From an uncultured Candidatus Saccharibacteria bacterium (GTDB taxonomy: Bacteria; Patescibacteriota; Minisyncoccia; Phycocordibacterales; UBA918), in NCBI GenBank assembly GCA_964350735.1, contig CAYGKO010000003.1, positions 118,452 to 166,061 on the forward strand: 47,610 bases of DNA. The letters run 5' to 3'. The position numbers were made by a program, and so were the translations under genes. Under the pieces are notes generated by a model. That model made no database searches. It saw only the letters and a list, made by a program, of their open reading frames with translations, and was not told the origin of the DNA. Below, in pieces: positions 8,543 to 18,569 of this stretch (the stretch's first letter is position 1; each line of letters starts with the position of its first letter).

Positions 8543-9757
8543 ATGATGACTCTAATAAGAAAATACTACGGATTTTTTACCCAAGGAATTGGATGGATAT
8601 TCAGTTCTCAACTTATAGTTAGCGCGGTTGGTTTTATTTTTACAATTGTCATCACTAATGCCTTATCTGTTACTGAATACGGTATATATAAGTATGTAAT
8701 AGCAATAGCTTCACTATTAATCATATTGACAGCATCCGGCTTGATCTCAGCCATGACACGTGTCGCAAGCACAGGCAACGGAGGTGAGATACGCTACCTT
8801 ATATGGGTACGAACGCAGTGGGCGCTATTGGCCTGCTTAGCTGGACTTGCCTTGGCTGGATACTATGCCCTGAATGATAACTTTCAACTCACTATCTTGA
8901 TGTTAATTATTGCCATTGGCATGCCGATCAGCGAAATCCTACGAATGTACCAACCAATACTTCAAGGTAGACGAGCGTACAAACTACTGAGTATATTTGA
9001 CACATATGGACATGTTTCTCACTATACTGTTGTTGCTGTAACAGCCTTAAGTGGAGCAAACTTAACCTGGGTCGTCGCTAGTTATTTTATCTCTTACGTT
9101 GTCGCATATAGCTGGCCTTTTTTATATGCCTATAAAAAATTTACGACCACAATGATTCCGGCCGCGCAAGCCCGCATGTTTGGTATCCACATGAGTATTG
9201 CAAACTCAATCGCGGTCGCCTCTACCCACATTGATAAACTTCTTGTCTTCACAAATATTGGAGCGGCTGAAGCAGCAATCTATGCTGTTGCAATTGCTCC
9301 AGTTGAAATATTACGTAGCTTCCAAAAAAGTATTACCACCTTCATTCATCCTCGGGTGGCCCAATATAAAAAAATTACTTTCAGAGAGCACCTCATCAAC
9401 CACATTCTTCCCGGCCTTTCCATTTCTATAGTAATAGCAGGAGCATATATAATATCCGCATTAGTCCTCCTTCCTTTATTTTTTCCTAAATATCCAGAAG
9501 CTGTAGTACTTTCACAGCTATATGCAATATCTATACTAGGCATTACAATGTTTCCAAATACAGTACTGGAAGCCCGTCTAGCTACTCGGGAACTTTATTA
9601 TCATAAGATCAGTGCCAGTTTTATTAGAGTAGCACTAATAGTGGCCGGACTGCATTTTTATGGAATAACCGGAATTATAGTGGCTCAAGTTATTGCTCGT
9701 TTAATTACTTTTATGTCAGCGCTTATTTTTGTTTATTTAAATCTGAAAAAAAGCTAA
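8543..9757 (+). CDS. Wzx-type oligosaccharide flippase
   Basis: About 12 TM segments, with L(S)..EYGIY near the N-terminus and IDKLLV..IG..AAIY in the second half; sits in a glycan locus. Confidence 0.8.
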   Translation: MMTLIRKYYGFFTQGIGWIFSSQLIVSAVGFIFTIVITNALSVTEYGIYKYVIAIASLLIILTASGLISAMTRVASTGNGGEIRYLIWVRTQWALLACLAGLALAGYYALNDNFQLTILMLIIAIGMPISEILRMYQPILQGRRAYKLLSIFDTYGHVSHYTVVAVTALSGANLTWVVASYFISYVVAYSWPFLYAYKKFTTTMIPAAQARMFGIHMSIANSIAVASTHIDKLLVFTNIGAAEAAIYAVAIAPVEILRSFQKSITTFIHPRVAQYKKITFREHLINHILPGLSISIVIAGAYIISALVLLPLFFPKYPEAVVLSQLYAISILGITMFPNTVLEARLATRELYYHKISASFIRVALIVAGLHFYGITGIIVAQVIARLITFMSALIFVYLNLKKS

Positions 9758-9820
9758 AATTCATCCAGTAACAATAAAAAGACTGCTTTATCCCTTAATC
9801 ACGATCAGTCCTGACCCAGA

Positions 9821-10291
9821 CTACTCTAATATGTTTTTTATCACCCTCGCAGGAGATCCTACAGAAACAGTGTTTGGGGGAACATCCTTTGTAACTACTG
9901 CACCAGCACCAATTACAGCATTTTTTCCAACAATCACACCCGCCAAGATAATTGCCCCAGCACCAATCCATGCACCATCATCTATGTGCACTGGCTTTGA
10001 AAAATGACCACGATCTTTCCCGGTATCGCCGTACTGCAGTCCAGCGCTGTTAATGCTGGCATGGTTCGAAATGTTTACATGAGAACCAATAATCAATCCA
10101 CCTTTTCCACTCAGATATGCTCCATCGCTGATACTTGAAAAATCACCAACCTTTATATTTTGAGGGCAGGAAATCTTAATTCTTCCGCTCACCCTTAATT
10201 TCTTACCACACACATTAAATAGTTTGCTATACCAAAAACTAGACACTTTTACATGTGCTCGATCGAATATCCTATGAAGGAAAATAAACAT
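9821..10291 (-). CDS. Hexapeptide-repeat (left-handed beta-helix) O-acetyltransferase
   Basis: [39 protein letters not shown]...GSPARVIK. Confidence 0.9.
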   Translation of the reverse strand: MFIFLHRIFDRAHVKVSSFWYSKLFNVCGKKLRVSGRIKISCPQNIKVGDFSSISDGAYLSGKGGLIIGSHVNISNHASINSAGLQYGDTGKDRGHFSKPVHIDDGAWIGAGAIILAGVIVGKNAVIGAGAVVTKDVPPNTVSVGSPARVIKNILE

Positions 10292-10305
10292 ATAGAAGTT
10301 TTGAA

Positions 10306-10971
10306 TTATTTTTTCACACCCACTGCCTGAACATTTGAGTATAGTGAACTATCCATTTTTATATCCCTATTGATACCTCCGTAATCCTGCCTAATAAAAA
10401 TATCAAATCCTGGCATTATTTTAGCAACTAGGAAAAGAGGCACTTTTACAAAAGGAGACATATCTGTCTGATACCCAATTCTTTGCAAAAGAATACCAAT
10501 AGTTCTAAAAGGTCGGCACGAGGCTCGCGAAACTTCGACTACAAAGCCAGCTTGTTCTAATAAATATTTCATTCCATAGATACTAAAATGGAAATAGTTC
10601 TCAGGGGCATTATGTGTTGAAAAAGCGTAACTGGCGGAAATGATAACTTTTCCGCCTGGCTTAATAATCCGATTAAATTCTGTTAATGTCTTAAGAGGTT
10701 CTGGAACATGCTCTAGTAATCCAGTACAAACAATTGCGTCATAAGATGAGTCGTCAACTGGAATCTGCTCGTAATTTTTTTCAGCTATAATCTTAACCTC
10801 TTCATCAACCTGTTCGACATTGCATTTAGTGCGGTTTGGAAAGTAAAAATCATACGCCATGTCATCAGAATGAACTATTAACACCCGCTCTTCCGGTGTT
10901 GTGGCCGCTTCTTTGCACAACTTTTCTATGTCTGGTTGTGATAATTTTTTAGTGATCCAGTTTATAAACAT
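10306..10971 (-). CDS. Class I SAM-dependent methyltransferase (type 11-like)
   Basis: [20 protein letters not shown] and RIIKPGG motifs; motif I is degenerate (LIVHSD). Confidence 0.75.
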   Translation of the reverse strand: MFINWITKKLSQPDIEKLCKEAATTPEERVLIVHSDDMAYDFYFPNRTKCNVEQVDEEVKIIAEKNYEQIPVDDSSYDAIVCTGLLEHVPEPLKTLTEFNRIIKPGGKVIISASYAFSTHNAPENYFHFSIYGMKYLLEQAGFVVEVSRASCRPFRTIGILLQRIGYQTDMSPFVKVPLFLVAKIMPGFDIFIRQDYGGINRDIKMDSSLYSNVQAVGVKK

Positions 10972-10998
10972 AATGCGATTTTATTGGGCGTAAGTATA

Positions 10999-12552
10999 TC
11001 ATAGCGACCTGATATGCTCTGCGAGACGGATAGTTAAGCCGGCTGCAACAAAAGTAGGATTGATGTTGCCCCCAGTTGGCATCACAGACGTACCCGCTAT
11101 AAACAAATTACTAATTCCATGCACTTTCTGATGTGCATCAACTACAGAAAAACGGGGATCCTCACCCATTCTTGTAGCCCCCATATGGTGGGCTCCATCA
11201 CTTACTACTGTCCAGGGGTCATAAGATGGCTCAACATACTCAAACTCTGAACCACTGAATATACTCTTTATTTCTAAATGCAATTTTATAAGCGAGTTCT
11301 TTTCGTTTTGACTTAGGTCATAGCTCACCACCGGAAGCGGAACACCGTTACAATCTAGTTTTTTTGATAGAGTAACAGCATTCTCAGCACGGGGTTCAAC
11401 CTCTAAGTAATTACGAAATTTAAATCTCTCAATCTTCGGCTTTTTATTAAAAAATTTCATCTGTGCATAGAGTAGTACTAGCCAAAATACAGAAATATAT
11501 TCACTAAAATGATTCTTTCTGGTGCTAATGTCAAGAGATACGTCCTCCTGGTTAGAAACCGAATTTTGTTTTTTGTAAAAGTTTTTGAGCGATATAAACT
11601 TTGTAAACAGGCTGTTTCCTGTCCACGGATACATCGGAACTAATTGAGTGTAGTGATGCGCCATTCTGTGCTCTCTCCTGAAAGACTCAGTCAAACCTAT
11701 GCCTAAGTACCACCTATAAGAGCCGTCTTCCTGAACAAAAAAATCCTCAAATGATTTGCTTACATCTGATTTTAATACCACTTCCCCAGCAAAACCTTTG
11801 GGGTGATTCATAAAATATTTTCCAACACAATCACACTTGTTTCCAGCAGACCCTGGTTTTGTTACGGGAGAATTAAGCAGTAGACGAGCATTCTCAATCC
11901 CACCAGCTGCTAGCACAAATTTTTCCGCCTTGATTCTAATCTTTTCATTTCCAACGATCACCTCGGCCGCACTGATCTCTGTACCTGAATCACTCTCCAA
12001 TTTGCTAACTGCAGCATTGGTAATAAATATATAGTTCTCCTTTTCAAAAAGGCTGTCATACATTTTTTTACACCGCATCACAGGTATCTTCGCTGAGAAT
12101 AGTTCAGCCTTGAGATTTGCATTTGCACTTAAAATATCTGGGCTCTCCTTGACCGCCTGTTCGTAGGACTCAATCGCAGGAAAGCCGTATTTTAAACCTG
12201 CTTGTTGTAAATACGCTCGAAGTTCATGGATAGTGAGCGGCCATTTTTTTAAATTACACGCAGCATCGTTCATATCAAGCCCATCAAGCATTCCTGACAA
12301 TCCCCACCAAGTAGCGGTCGAACCGCCAAACCCTCTTACTCGGGACTGATTTCTAATTTTTAGTGATCCTGAGATCACCTCTTTTAGAGACTCTGCCTTT
12401 TCATTATCTCCACTTTCAATAATACAAATCTGCAGATCAGTATTTTTTAGTTCTTCTAATAATATATATGTCATCAATCCACCACCAATTAGGCACAGAT
12501 CAAATCTCTGATTACAGCTCCGCTCTACTTCTTTAAAATCCTTGCAGAGCAT
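10999..12552 (-). CDS. GMC-family FAD oxidoreductase
   Basis: Motifs RGFGGSTATWWG, FVLAAGGIENARLLL, VGKYFMNHP, HHMGATRMG, VVD...VHG..NLFIAG and NPT. Start placed at ATG 12552, just after the upstream stop. Confidence 0.88.
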   Translation of the reverse strand: MLCKDFKEVERSCNQRFDLCLIGGGLMTYILLEELKNTDLQICIIESGDNEKAESLKEVISGSLKIRNQSRVRGFGGSTATWWGLSGMLDGLDMNDAACNLKKWPLTIHELRAYLQQAGLKYGFPAIESYEQAVKESPDILSANANLKAELFSAKIPVMRCKKMYDSLFEKENYIFITNAAVSKLESDSGTEISAAEVIVGNEKIRIKAEKFVLAAGGIENARLLLNSPVTKPGSAGNKCDCVGKYFMNHPKGFAGEVVLKSDVSKSFEDFFVQEDGSYRWYLGIGLTESFRREHRMAHHYTQLVPMYPWTGNSLFTKFISLKNFYKKQNSVSNQEDVSLDISTRKNHFSEYISVFWLVLLYAQMKFFNKKPKIERFKFRNYLEVEPRAENAVTLSKKLDCNGVPLPVVSYDLSQNEKNSLIKLHLEIKSIFSGSEFEYVEPSYDPWTVVSDGAHHMGATRMGEDPRFSVVDAHQKVHGISNLFIAGTSVMPTGGNINPTFVAAGLTIRLAEHIRSL

Positions 12553-12553
12553 T

Positions 12554-13168
12554 TTATTTTTCCAGGAAATAATAAAAACCACCTACTTGCACTTTTGGTT
12601 TTTTATCAATCCATTGGTCAAATTTTCTGGCTATCGCAATGAGCAGATCTGATCTCCCCAAGGGCGTTAATCGTACAATCATCTCAATACGGTCTCGAAC
12701 GTGCACATAGTCAAAGCGAGAAAAAGGTTTTGCCAAATGCTCGAGTGTGTCTTTTGTGAAGCGCCAATAGTCTTCATAATATCCTTCGTGAGCATGATAA
12801 TAGTATAGAAATGGGACGTAAATGAGTAGTCGTCCACCAGGCTTCAGCACCCGATGCATTTCTTCCATCGCTCGGACCGGATCTTTTACGTGCTCTAAAA
12901 CAGCTAAACAAATAATGGCATCGACACTATTATCAGTTAGCGGAATCGCGTGTATATCACCCACGATATCAGGCCCGTAATCAGGCACTGGATCCATGAC
13001 AGTATAATCAACTTTTTCTATGTATTCTTTTAGCCACGCACGAGAGCTGTCATACTTACTTCCAGTCTCCTTACGAGCCCGCAACCCTTCTCCAATATCA
13101 AGGACTGATTTAGAATTATCAAATAAATCGATACATTTTTCTTCGAAGAATTTATCCCAAACATTCAT
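12554..13168 (-). CDS. Class I SAM-dependent methyltransferase
   Basis: Motifs VLDIGEG, GDIHAIPL..NSVDAI, LEHV, RVLKPGG and DYWRFT. Confidence 0.88.
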   Translation of the reverse strand: MNVWDKFFEEKCIDLFDNSKSVLDIGEGLRARKETGSKYDSSRAWLKEYIEKVDYTVMDPVPDYGPDIVGDIHAIPLTDNSVDAIICLAVLEHVKDPVRAMEEMHRVLKPGGRLLIYVPFLYYYHAHEGYYEDYWRFTKDTLEHLAKPFSRFDYVHVRDRIEMIVRLTPLGRSDLLIAIARKFDQWIDKKPKVQVGGFYYFLEK

Positions 13169-13170
13169 AA

Positions 13171-14955
13171 TTATGATTTCAGCTTAAACGTGATTGAACA
13201 CTCTGTTATCTTTTTAAAAGTAATGGCCTTTTTCCCGTGCGTATAGATACCATTTGATGTAATGGTAACATCCTTGGTCCATTCTGGAAGAAAATACCTA
13301 ACTACACCTTGTGTTTGGTCAGAGCGAAACACTTCGCTGACTTCAATAGAATCAGGTAAACATTTATAATTTCTATTCACACTAACACCTGCCATAGACG
13401 TTCCACTTTTTTCAGAGACCCCACCATTATAGGCATACGCATTGTCGACATGCTGCTTTATTGAACTTTCGCAAAAATATGCCGATGAGTAGACATGATG
13501 AAGACTGAAGGCATGACGCAACAATATTAAAAATCTATACAAACTTGAATATAAATAACCACCACGTATCTCAATTAAAATATAAAATAATAATCGCTTG
13601 AAATCATTTTTTGATATATCTACTGGAGAAGTTCCAATACTTTTTATTTTTTTTATACTAAAATTTAACGGTATACTTGCAGCTAATTCTGTGATGACAA
13701 TTTTATTTTTATAATTCTCATCATTCTTTCCAAAATAAACTACCGAGCCACCCCCAATTCTTGGACCCCAAAGCGGGTTCTGAGGCTTCTTGGCGCCGCG
13801 GATTATCAAACCATACGAATCACGAGTAACATTTAAAATATCGGCATTGGAAAAGAGATTTATACCCTCTGGTACTTCGGGACTGATATCTTCTGGAAGA
13901 AGTTTCAACTCAGCACTGATTCGAGTTAGCCAAACACAATGTGAATTCCAAAAATATGGACACTGGAAATTTTCTGGGCCGCCAAGATGATCTCTGATAC
14001 CTCCTTGTTTTAACACTAAATGCTGATTTAAAATCTCTAATGCTTTTAGCGCATATCTTGCATAGCGTTTATCCTTGGTGTAAGTATAAAACTTTAAGAA
14101 GGCGTAAATATCGTATGAATTGCTTGCTATTTCATAGTCTGAAATAAAATACCAACGTTTTGTTTCAAGTTGAATATTTTTAATTCCATCTTTTTGGTAA
14201 AAAGCCGTCAGAAAATCAACCGCTGGTTTCAGCCGCGCAATCAAATTCTCACACATAAGATCACTGCGCTCTGCTGCATGCCAAAGAAAAGCAATATGTC
14301 GTGAGTGATAATAGTTAGTAGTATCTGCAATGGCTGGATCAAGTCCATGTTTTTTGTAGTCGGTCACGTATGGAATACTTCCGTCAGATTGAATATCATT
14401 GAGACTCATTTCAATACATTTTGATATAGCTGCTTTCCACCCCTCTTGGGGATTCAGCGCATACCCTGATGCCAAACCAGTAGCACCCCACAAACGCTGA
14501 TTGGTGTGTACTTTTTCAAGAACTGTCCTAGTCAAGTAGGTTTCACAATTCTTAGTCAAAACATCATGAAGCAGCGCTTGTTCTTTATCTAAAAATTCAT
14601 CAGCGTGCTTCTCTAGCATTAGTGCCAACATGTCACTTACTGCCCCGCTGTCAATAATATGATTAGACATATTCCATCGTTCGCTACCGTCCGATGTAAA
14701 AAAATATTCTCCATTATATGACTGGAGTAACTGAGGCATCCGTAAGGCCCGAGCTTTAGCACGCTCTAGATATTTTCTCTCTCCTGTCTGCGTATAAAGA
14801 TATTGATCTATCCCAATCGAATACGCTGTCTTTCCAGTATGTTCAACTCTATGTTTTGGGCAGTAATTTTTCCCTTGCACATCAGTTCCAGTGTCAAAAA
14901 AATTAGAGACGGACGCCAATATTGCATCTAATTGAGCTACGTGAACGCTACTCAT
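13171..14955 (-). CDS. Uncharacterised protein, probable (alpha/alpha)-toroid carbohydrate-active fold
   Basis: 594 aa. Helical N-terminal repeats (YLYTQTGERKYLERA, FYTYTKDKRYARYA, QSDGSIPY) are followed by a beta-rich C-terminus. The fold call is inference. Confidence 0.5.
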   Translation of the reverse strand: MSSVHVAQLDAILASVSNFFDTGTDVQGKNYCPKHRVEHTGKTAYSIGIDQYLYTQTGERKYLERAKARALRMPQLLQSYNGEYFFTSDGSERWNMSNHIIDSGAVSDMLALMLEKHADEFLDKEQALLHDVLTKNCETYLTRTVLEKVHTNQRLWGATGLASGYALNPQEGWKAAISKCIEMSLNDIQSDGSIPYVTDYKKHGLDPAIADTTNYYHSRHIAFLWHAAERSDLMCENLIARLKPAVDFLTAFYQKDGIKNIQLETKRWYFISDYEIASNSYDIYAFLKFYTYTKDKRYARYALKALEILNQHLVLKQGGIRDHLGGPENFQCPYFWNSHCVWLTRISAELKLLPEDISPEVPEGINLFSNADILNVTRDSYGLIIRGAKKPQNPLWGPRIGGGSVVYFGKNDENYKNKIVITELAASIPLNFSIKKIKSIGTSPVDISKNDFKRLLFYILIEIRGGYLYSSLYRFLILLRHAFSLHHVYSSAYFCESSIKQHVDNAYAYNGGVSEKSGTSMAGVSVNRNYKCLPDSIEVSEVFRSDQTQGVVRYFLPEWTKDVTITSNGIYTHGKKAITFKKITECSITFKLKS

Positions 14956-16082
14956 ATTGTTAAAAAGTTACAAATTGACTGAGCTCGGTTCTTCCAAGTG
15001 TACTTAGTAACCACTACTTGAGCTTGGTCTGCTTTCAGTTGTGACTGAGTACTACCTTGTAAGCACTGAACAATCGCTGACTTAAAGCTTTCTGGATTAT
15101 CAGGCTCTGCAAACGTTGCAGTTGATTCATCCAGCACCGATCGAATGCTCGGAATATCAGAAGCTACTACTGGTACTCCTGATGCCATATAGGTAAACAC
15201 CTTTAGAGGTGAAGTATATTTTGAAGACAGATCGCTTGTTGCAGTGTTGGGAATAACCAAGACATCAGCTGCTTTCTGTAACTGAGGCAAGTCTCTGTAG
15301 GCGGTAAAGCCAAGGAAAGTTACCCAAGGGTAAGTCGCTTTATATAATTTTACCTGTGCCGGTGAACCGCCACAGACAAACACTTCAAAATTATCTGTAC
15401 CTTCAGCCGCTAAACAAAGCGTATCGACCCCTTTCCATTTTTCTAGTCCACCAAAATACATCACCACTGGTTTTTCGGTCTTGATACCAAGCCTATCTCG
15501 CGCTTCTGCTTTAGTGCCGGGAGCATCAATAAAGGACTCATCGATACCATCGTGAGCCACCAGTATCTGACTGTCAGGAATCCCTCGCTCACTATAGGCT
15601 GCTTTAATACCTTCAGAAATGACTACAAACGGGACGCCATGCCGCGCCAAGCTACGCACCGCTTTTGAATATTTAGCCTCATGTGATTCGTATACCAGCT
15701 TTTCATACCCAAGGAAGAAACTCAGAAACCAGAGCACCCATTCATCGCGACTATAGATAACATCTGCATTTTTGGTTTCAATACTTCGTACTGCCTTATG
15801 GGTAAAAACTAATCGTTGCACTGTTAGAGCGGGCACCTTAAGAAATGATGGCAATGAGTCTCCCCAAGCAGCCATATCTGGTACCGAGATACGGTGTGTG
15901 GAAAATAAAAATTTTGCGCCATAGTACTGTTCTGGGGCATCAGAGATATTAGTCTTACGATCAGTTACAAATAAATTCACCTCATGACCGAGAGACGCTA
16001 AAGCATTACAATTTTGCACAATTTGGGTACTGTGCGCTCTATTGCTGGGGAATCGACTGTTACTTAGATACGCAATCTTCAT
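14952..16082 (-). CDS. Glycosyltransferase family 4
   Basis: Motifs MKIAY, YFGGLEKWKGV, ADVLVIP and TSPLKVFTYMASGVPVVASD. Confidence 0.92.
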   Translation of the reverse strand: MKIAYLSNSRFPSNRAHSTQIVQNCNALASLGHEVNLFVTDRKTNISDAPEQYYGAKFLFSTHRISVPDMAAWGDSLPSFLKVPALTVQRLVFTHKAVRSIETKNADVIYSRDEWVLWFLSFFLGYEKLVYESHEAKYSKAVRSLARHGVPFVVISEGIKAAYSERGIPDSQILVAHDGIDESFIDAPGTKAEARDRLGIKTEKPVVMYFGGLEKWKGVDTLCLAAEGTDNFEVFVCGGSPAQVKLYKATYPWVTFLGFTAYRDLPQLQKAADVLVIPNTATSDLSSKYTSPLKVFTYMASGVPVVASDIPSIRSVLDESTATFAEPDNPESFKSAIVQCLQGSTQSQLKADQAQVVVTKYTWKNRAQSICNFLTI

Positions 16083-16084
16083 GA

Positions 16085-16936
16085 TTATTTTTTAGCCACG
16101 ACATCGTGGTGAGTTGGAAAGAGATACTCCATACTAGTTGGAAGAAGTTTCCGAATGAGGTGATTGAGAGGGTTTGAGAAATACACTCGATAGCCTCGAT
16201 TTATAAAACTCGGCAGGAACAAGATTCGTTTCGGGATGATGGTAAAACCAAATGATCGAATATTCACTTCCCCATATTCACTGAAAAGCTTACTAACCTC
16301 AGATCGAGAAAAATAACGTACCGGGCCATTGCGATACTCATCAGCAAATAACTTCATAAACCACAAATATAATGCCACCTGGTAGCCCATCAAAGAATGG
16401 AGGCTTGGGAATGACGAATACACAAACACTTTACCGCCCGGCTTTAATACTCTAAAAATCTCACTAATTGACCGCTTAGTGACTGATTTGTGATTATGTA
16501 AAAAGACTGCCGAGACAACCACCGTATCGACCGAGTTATCCGCTAATGGGAGATCATCAATCTGACCGTACACAAAATGCATTGGTGTGTTTACACTTAT
16601 TGATGTTTTTCGATCACGCGCGTAGCGCAGCATCGACAACGAGCTATCGACTCCAATATAGCCTTCAAAATCACGTCGCGGGAGCAGCTGTTCAGCAATC
16701 CGTCCATACCCGCAACCAACATCAAGTACAATGCCGTCATTTGCATCTACTGCAAGTTCGTCAATTTGTGGCATCCCCTTCTCTATAGCATGTGCTTCAC
16801 TTTCAGCTGATGTGGCAGCATCAAGCAAATCGGACTGTGACAAAGTGTCCCAGACAGTTGAATCAGCCTGATCTGGCGGTACCATGAGGCCTTCTGCTAC
16901 TTTATATCCAGGTCGAATGAGTGAAGAAATTTCCAT
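16085..16936 (-). CDS. Class I SAM-dependent methyltransferase
   Basis: Motifs VLDVGCGYG, GVDSSLSML, LPLADNSVD and RVLKPGG. Confidence 0.92.
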   Translation of the reverse strand: MEISSLIRPGYKVAEGLMVPPDQADSTVWDTLSQSDLLDAATSAESEAHAIEKGMPQIDELAVDANDGIVLDVGCGYGRIAEQLLPRRDFEGYIGVDSSLSMLRYARDRKTSISVNTPMHFVYGQIDDLPLADNSVDTVVVSAVFLHNHKSVTKRSISEIFRVLKPGGKVFVYSSFPSLHSLMGYQVALYLWFMKLFADEYRNGPVRYFSRSEVSKLFSEYGEVNIRSFGFTIIPKRILFLPSFINRGYRVYFSNPLNHLIRKLLPTSMEYLFPTHHDVVAKK

Positions 16937-16938
16937 GA

Positions 16939-17739
16939 CTATTTTTTAAACCAGCCGGTAATACGAGCAAATATATCATACCCGCCCTCAATCCAGCGAC
17001 AGACTGACATAATTGGCTGGTTTTTCTCTACTAGCGTACGCGGAATTTCACTATCTGCGCGGCTCAAAAAACCACTAATTGCACTGTATATATGGGTGAA
17101 ATTATGCTCCTGCACTAAAGTAGTGGTGGCAGCTGAAAAATCAATCCTGGTACCAAATGGGTACGCAAAGTGGCTGATTTTGGTACCGAGCTGTTGTTCT
17201 AGCACTGCTTTGTTCTTTGTAACCTCAGTTTGAGCAGCTGCCAGACTAACCTTACCTAAAGAGACATGGGAGTGGGTATGGGCGCCGATCACCTGCCCTG
17301 ATTGATGTAGGGTATGCAGTCCTGCAGTGGTCAAGAGTTTTTTGGGAGACAGCAGCAACTGCTTGCGGGCAAATGTCGTGGCCTCCTCTTCATCATTGGC
17401 CACCTCAAGAATTTGAGTACTGACAAAAAAGATTCCTCGTAAGTGATGTTGCTCTAAAACGGGTAGCACAGTAGTGACCCAAGAATCATACCCGTCATCA
17501 AAGGTCAGGAGGAGATTGATTTTTTCATTATTAAAATTACCCGATACAAAATCAGCTGGTTGCAAAATATGATACCGATCACTGAGAGTGGCAATGAGTG
17601 ACTCAAACCAAGCCAGGTCGGCCACATCATGAAAAGCGACTACTCGCACCAACGGCTTTTTGGCTTGACGTTGGTGCAGCGCCACAAGACCGAAGCGGCA
17701 ACAGGCCCATATGAAACCATCTCGAATCAGGTGTTTCAT
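16939..17739 (-). CDS. Polysaccharide deacetylase (CE4/NodB family)
   Basis: Motifs LTFDDGY, GAHTHSH and FAYPFG. ATG at 17739 overlaps the sulfotransferase stop (ATGA). Confidence 0.9.
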   Translation of the reverse strand: MKHLIRDGFIWACCRFGLVALHQRQAKKPLVRVVAFHDVADLAWFESLIATLSDRYHILQPADFVSGNFNNEKINLLLTFDDGYDSWVTTVLPVLEQHHLRGIFFVSTQILEVANDEEEATTFARKQLLLSPKKLLTTAGLHTLHQSGQVIGAHTHSHVSLGKVSLAAAQTEVTKNKAVLEQQLGTKISHFAYPFGTRIDFSAATTTLVQEHNFTHIYSAISGFLSRADSEIPRTLVEKNQPIMSVCRWIEGGYDIFARITGWFKK

Positions 17740-18569
17740 AGCTTCCATTCAGTTAGCATGTCCCGGCCTAGATACTCGCCAAGCTGGCGCACGTCATCAA
17801 TAAACACGCTGGCAACAAAACTAGTATCTGGTTTGGCTTTTTCAGTCGGTGACGCGTGATTAGTATTTTTAGAACGAATGTAATCTGGTAGACCTGAACG
17901 CTTCACTTTATGTACCAGCGCATCCAGGCCATGGGCACGCAGCCACTCTGCTAATCTGTGCATCCCTTTATCAATTCGATAGTTCTTGGGCGCGCGAGCA
18001 ATGTTGATACGACTTTGTAGTGACGGCGGAACAAATGAATCGTCCACTCCAATATGTCTATAGATACTACTCATAAAGGCCTGTGGGTCGCGCGCAATGT
18101 CTTCATACACCAGCACCAGGAGCTGCTCCTGAGAGAAATATTGTAGATATCGATCAATCTGATTCATGTATTTCCCCTGCTCAACACAGCTAACTTCAGA
18201 TTCAGTATACGCTGCAAAAGTCACATCTTCGGTAATTTCTCCAGCCTTGATGGCATTGCGATACTGTGAATAAGCGCGCTCGACTGGATTGCGCACTACT
18301 AAGAGTAACTGCGTGTCTGGATATAAAGTATGGATACGTGCCGCTGCCACATCACTGTATGCATACGAGGTTGAAAATTCACCTAACTTCAAATTCTTAT
18401 CACAGTTACGCCAGTGATTTTCATACCACTGCCTCCCCTCACTAAAGCGCGGGCGACTAAAAAAGTGAATCTCCTTCACCGGAGCACAGACTTCAGGATG
18501 CTCATACAAGCAGGCGTAAATCCATGAGGTCCCTGACTTTTGCGCGCCAATGCCAATAAAATTAATCAT
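17736..18569 (-). CDS. PAPS-dependent sulfotransferase
   Basis: 5'-PSB loop GAQKSGTSW, KEIHFF and 3'-PB motif RNPVERAYS. Start placed at ATG 18569. Confidence 0.92.
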   Translation of the reverse strand: MINFIGIGAQKSGTSWIYACLYEHPEVCAPVKEIHFFSRPRFSEGRQWYENHWRNCDKNLKLGEFSTSYAYSDVAAARIHTLYPDTQLLLVVRNPVERAYSQYRNAIKAGEITEDVTFAAYTESEVSCVEQGKYMNQIDRYLQYFSQEQLLVLVYEDIARDPQAFMSSIYRHIGVDDSFVPPSLQSRINIARAPKNYRIDKGMHRLAEWLRAHGLDALVHKVKRSGLPDYIRSKNTNHASPTEKAKPDTSFVASVFIDDVRQLGEYLGRDMLTEWKL

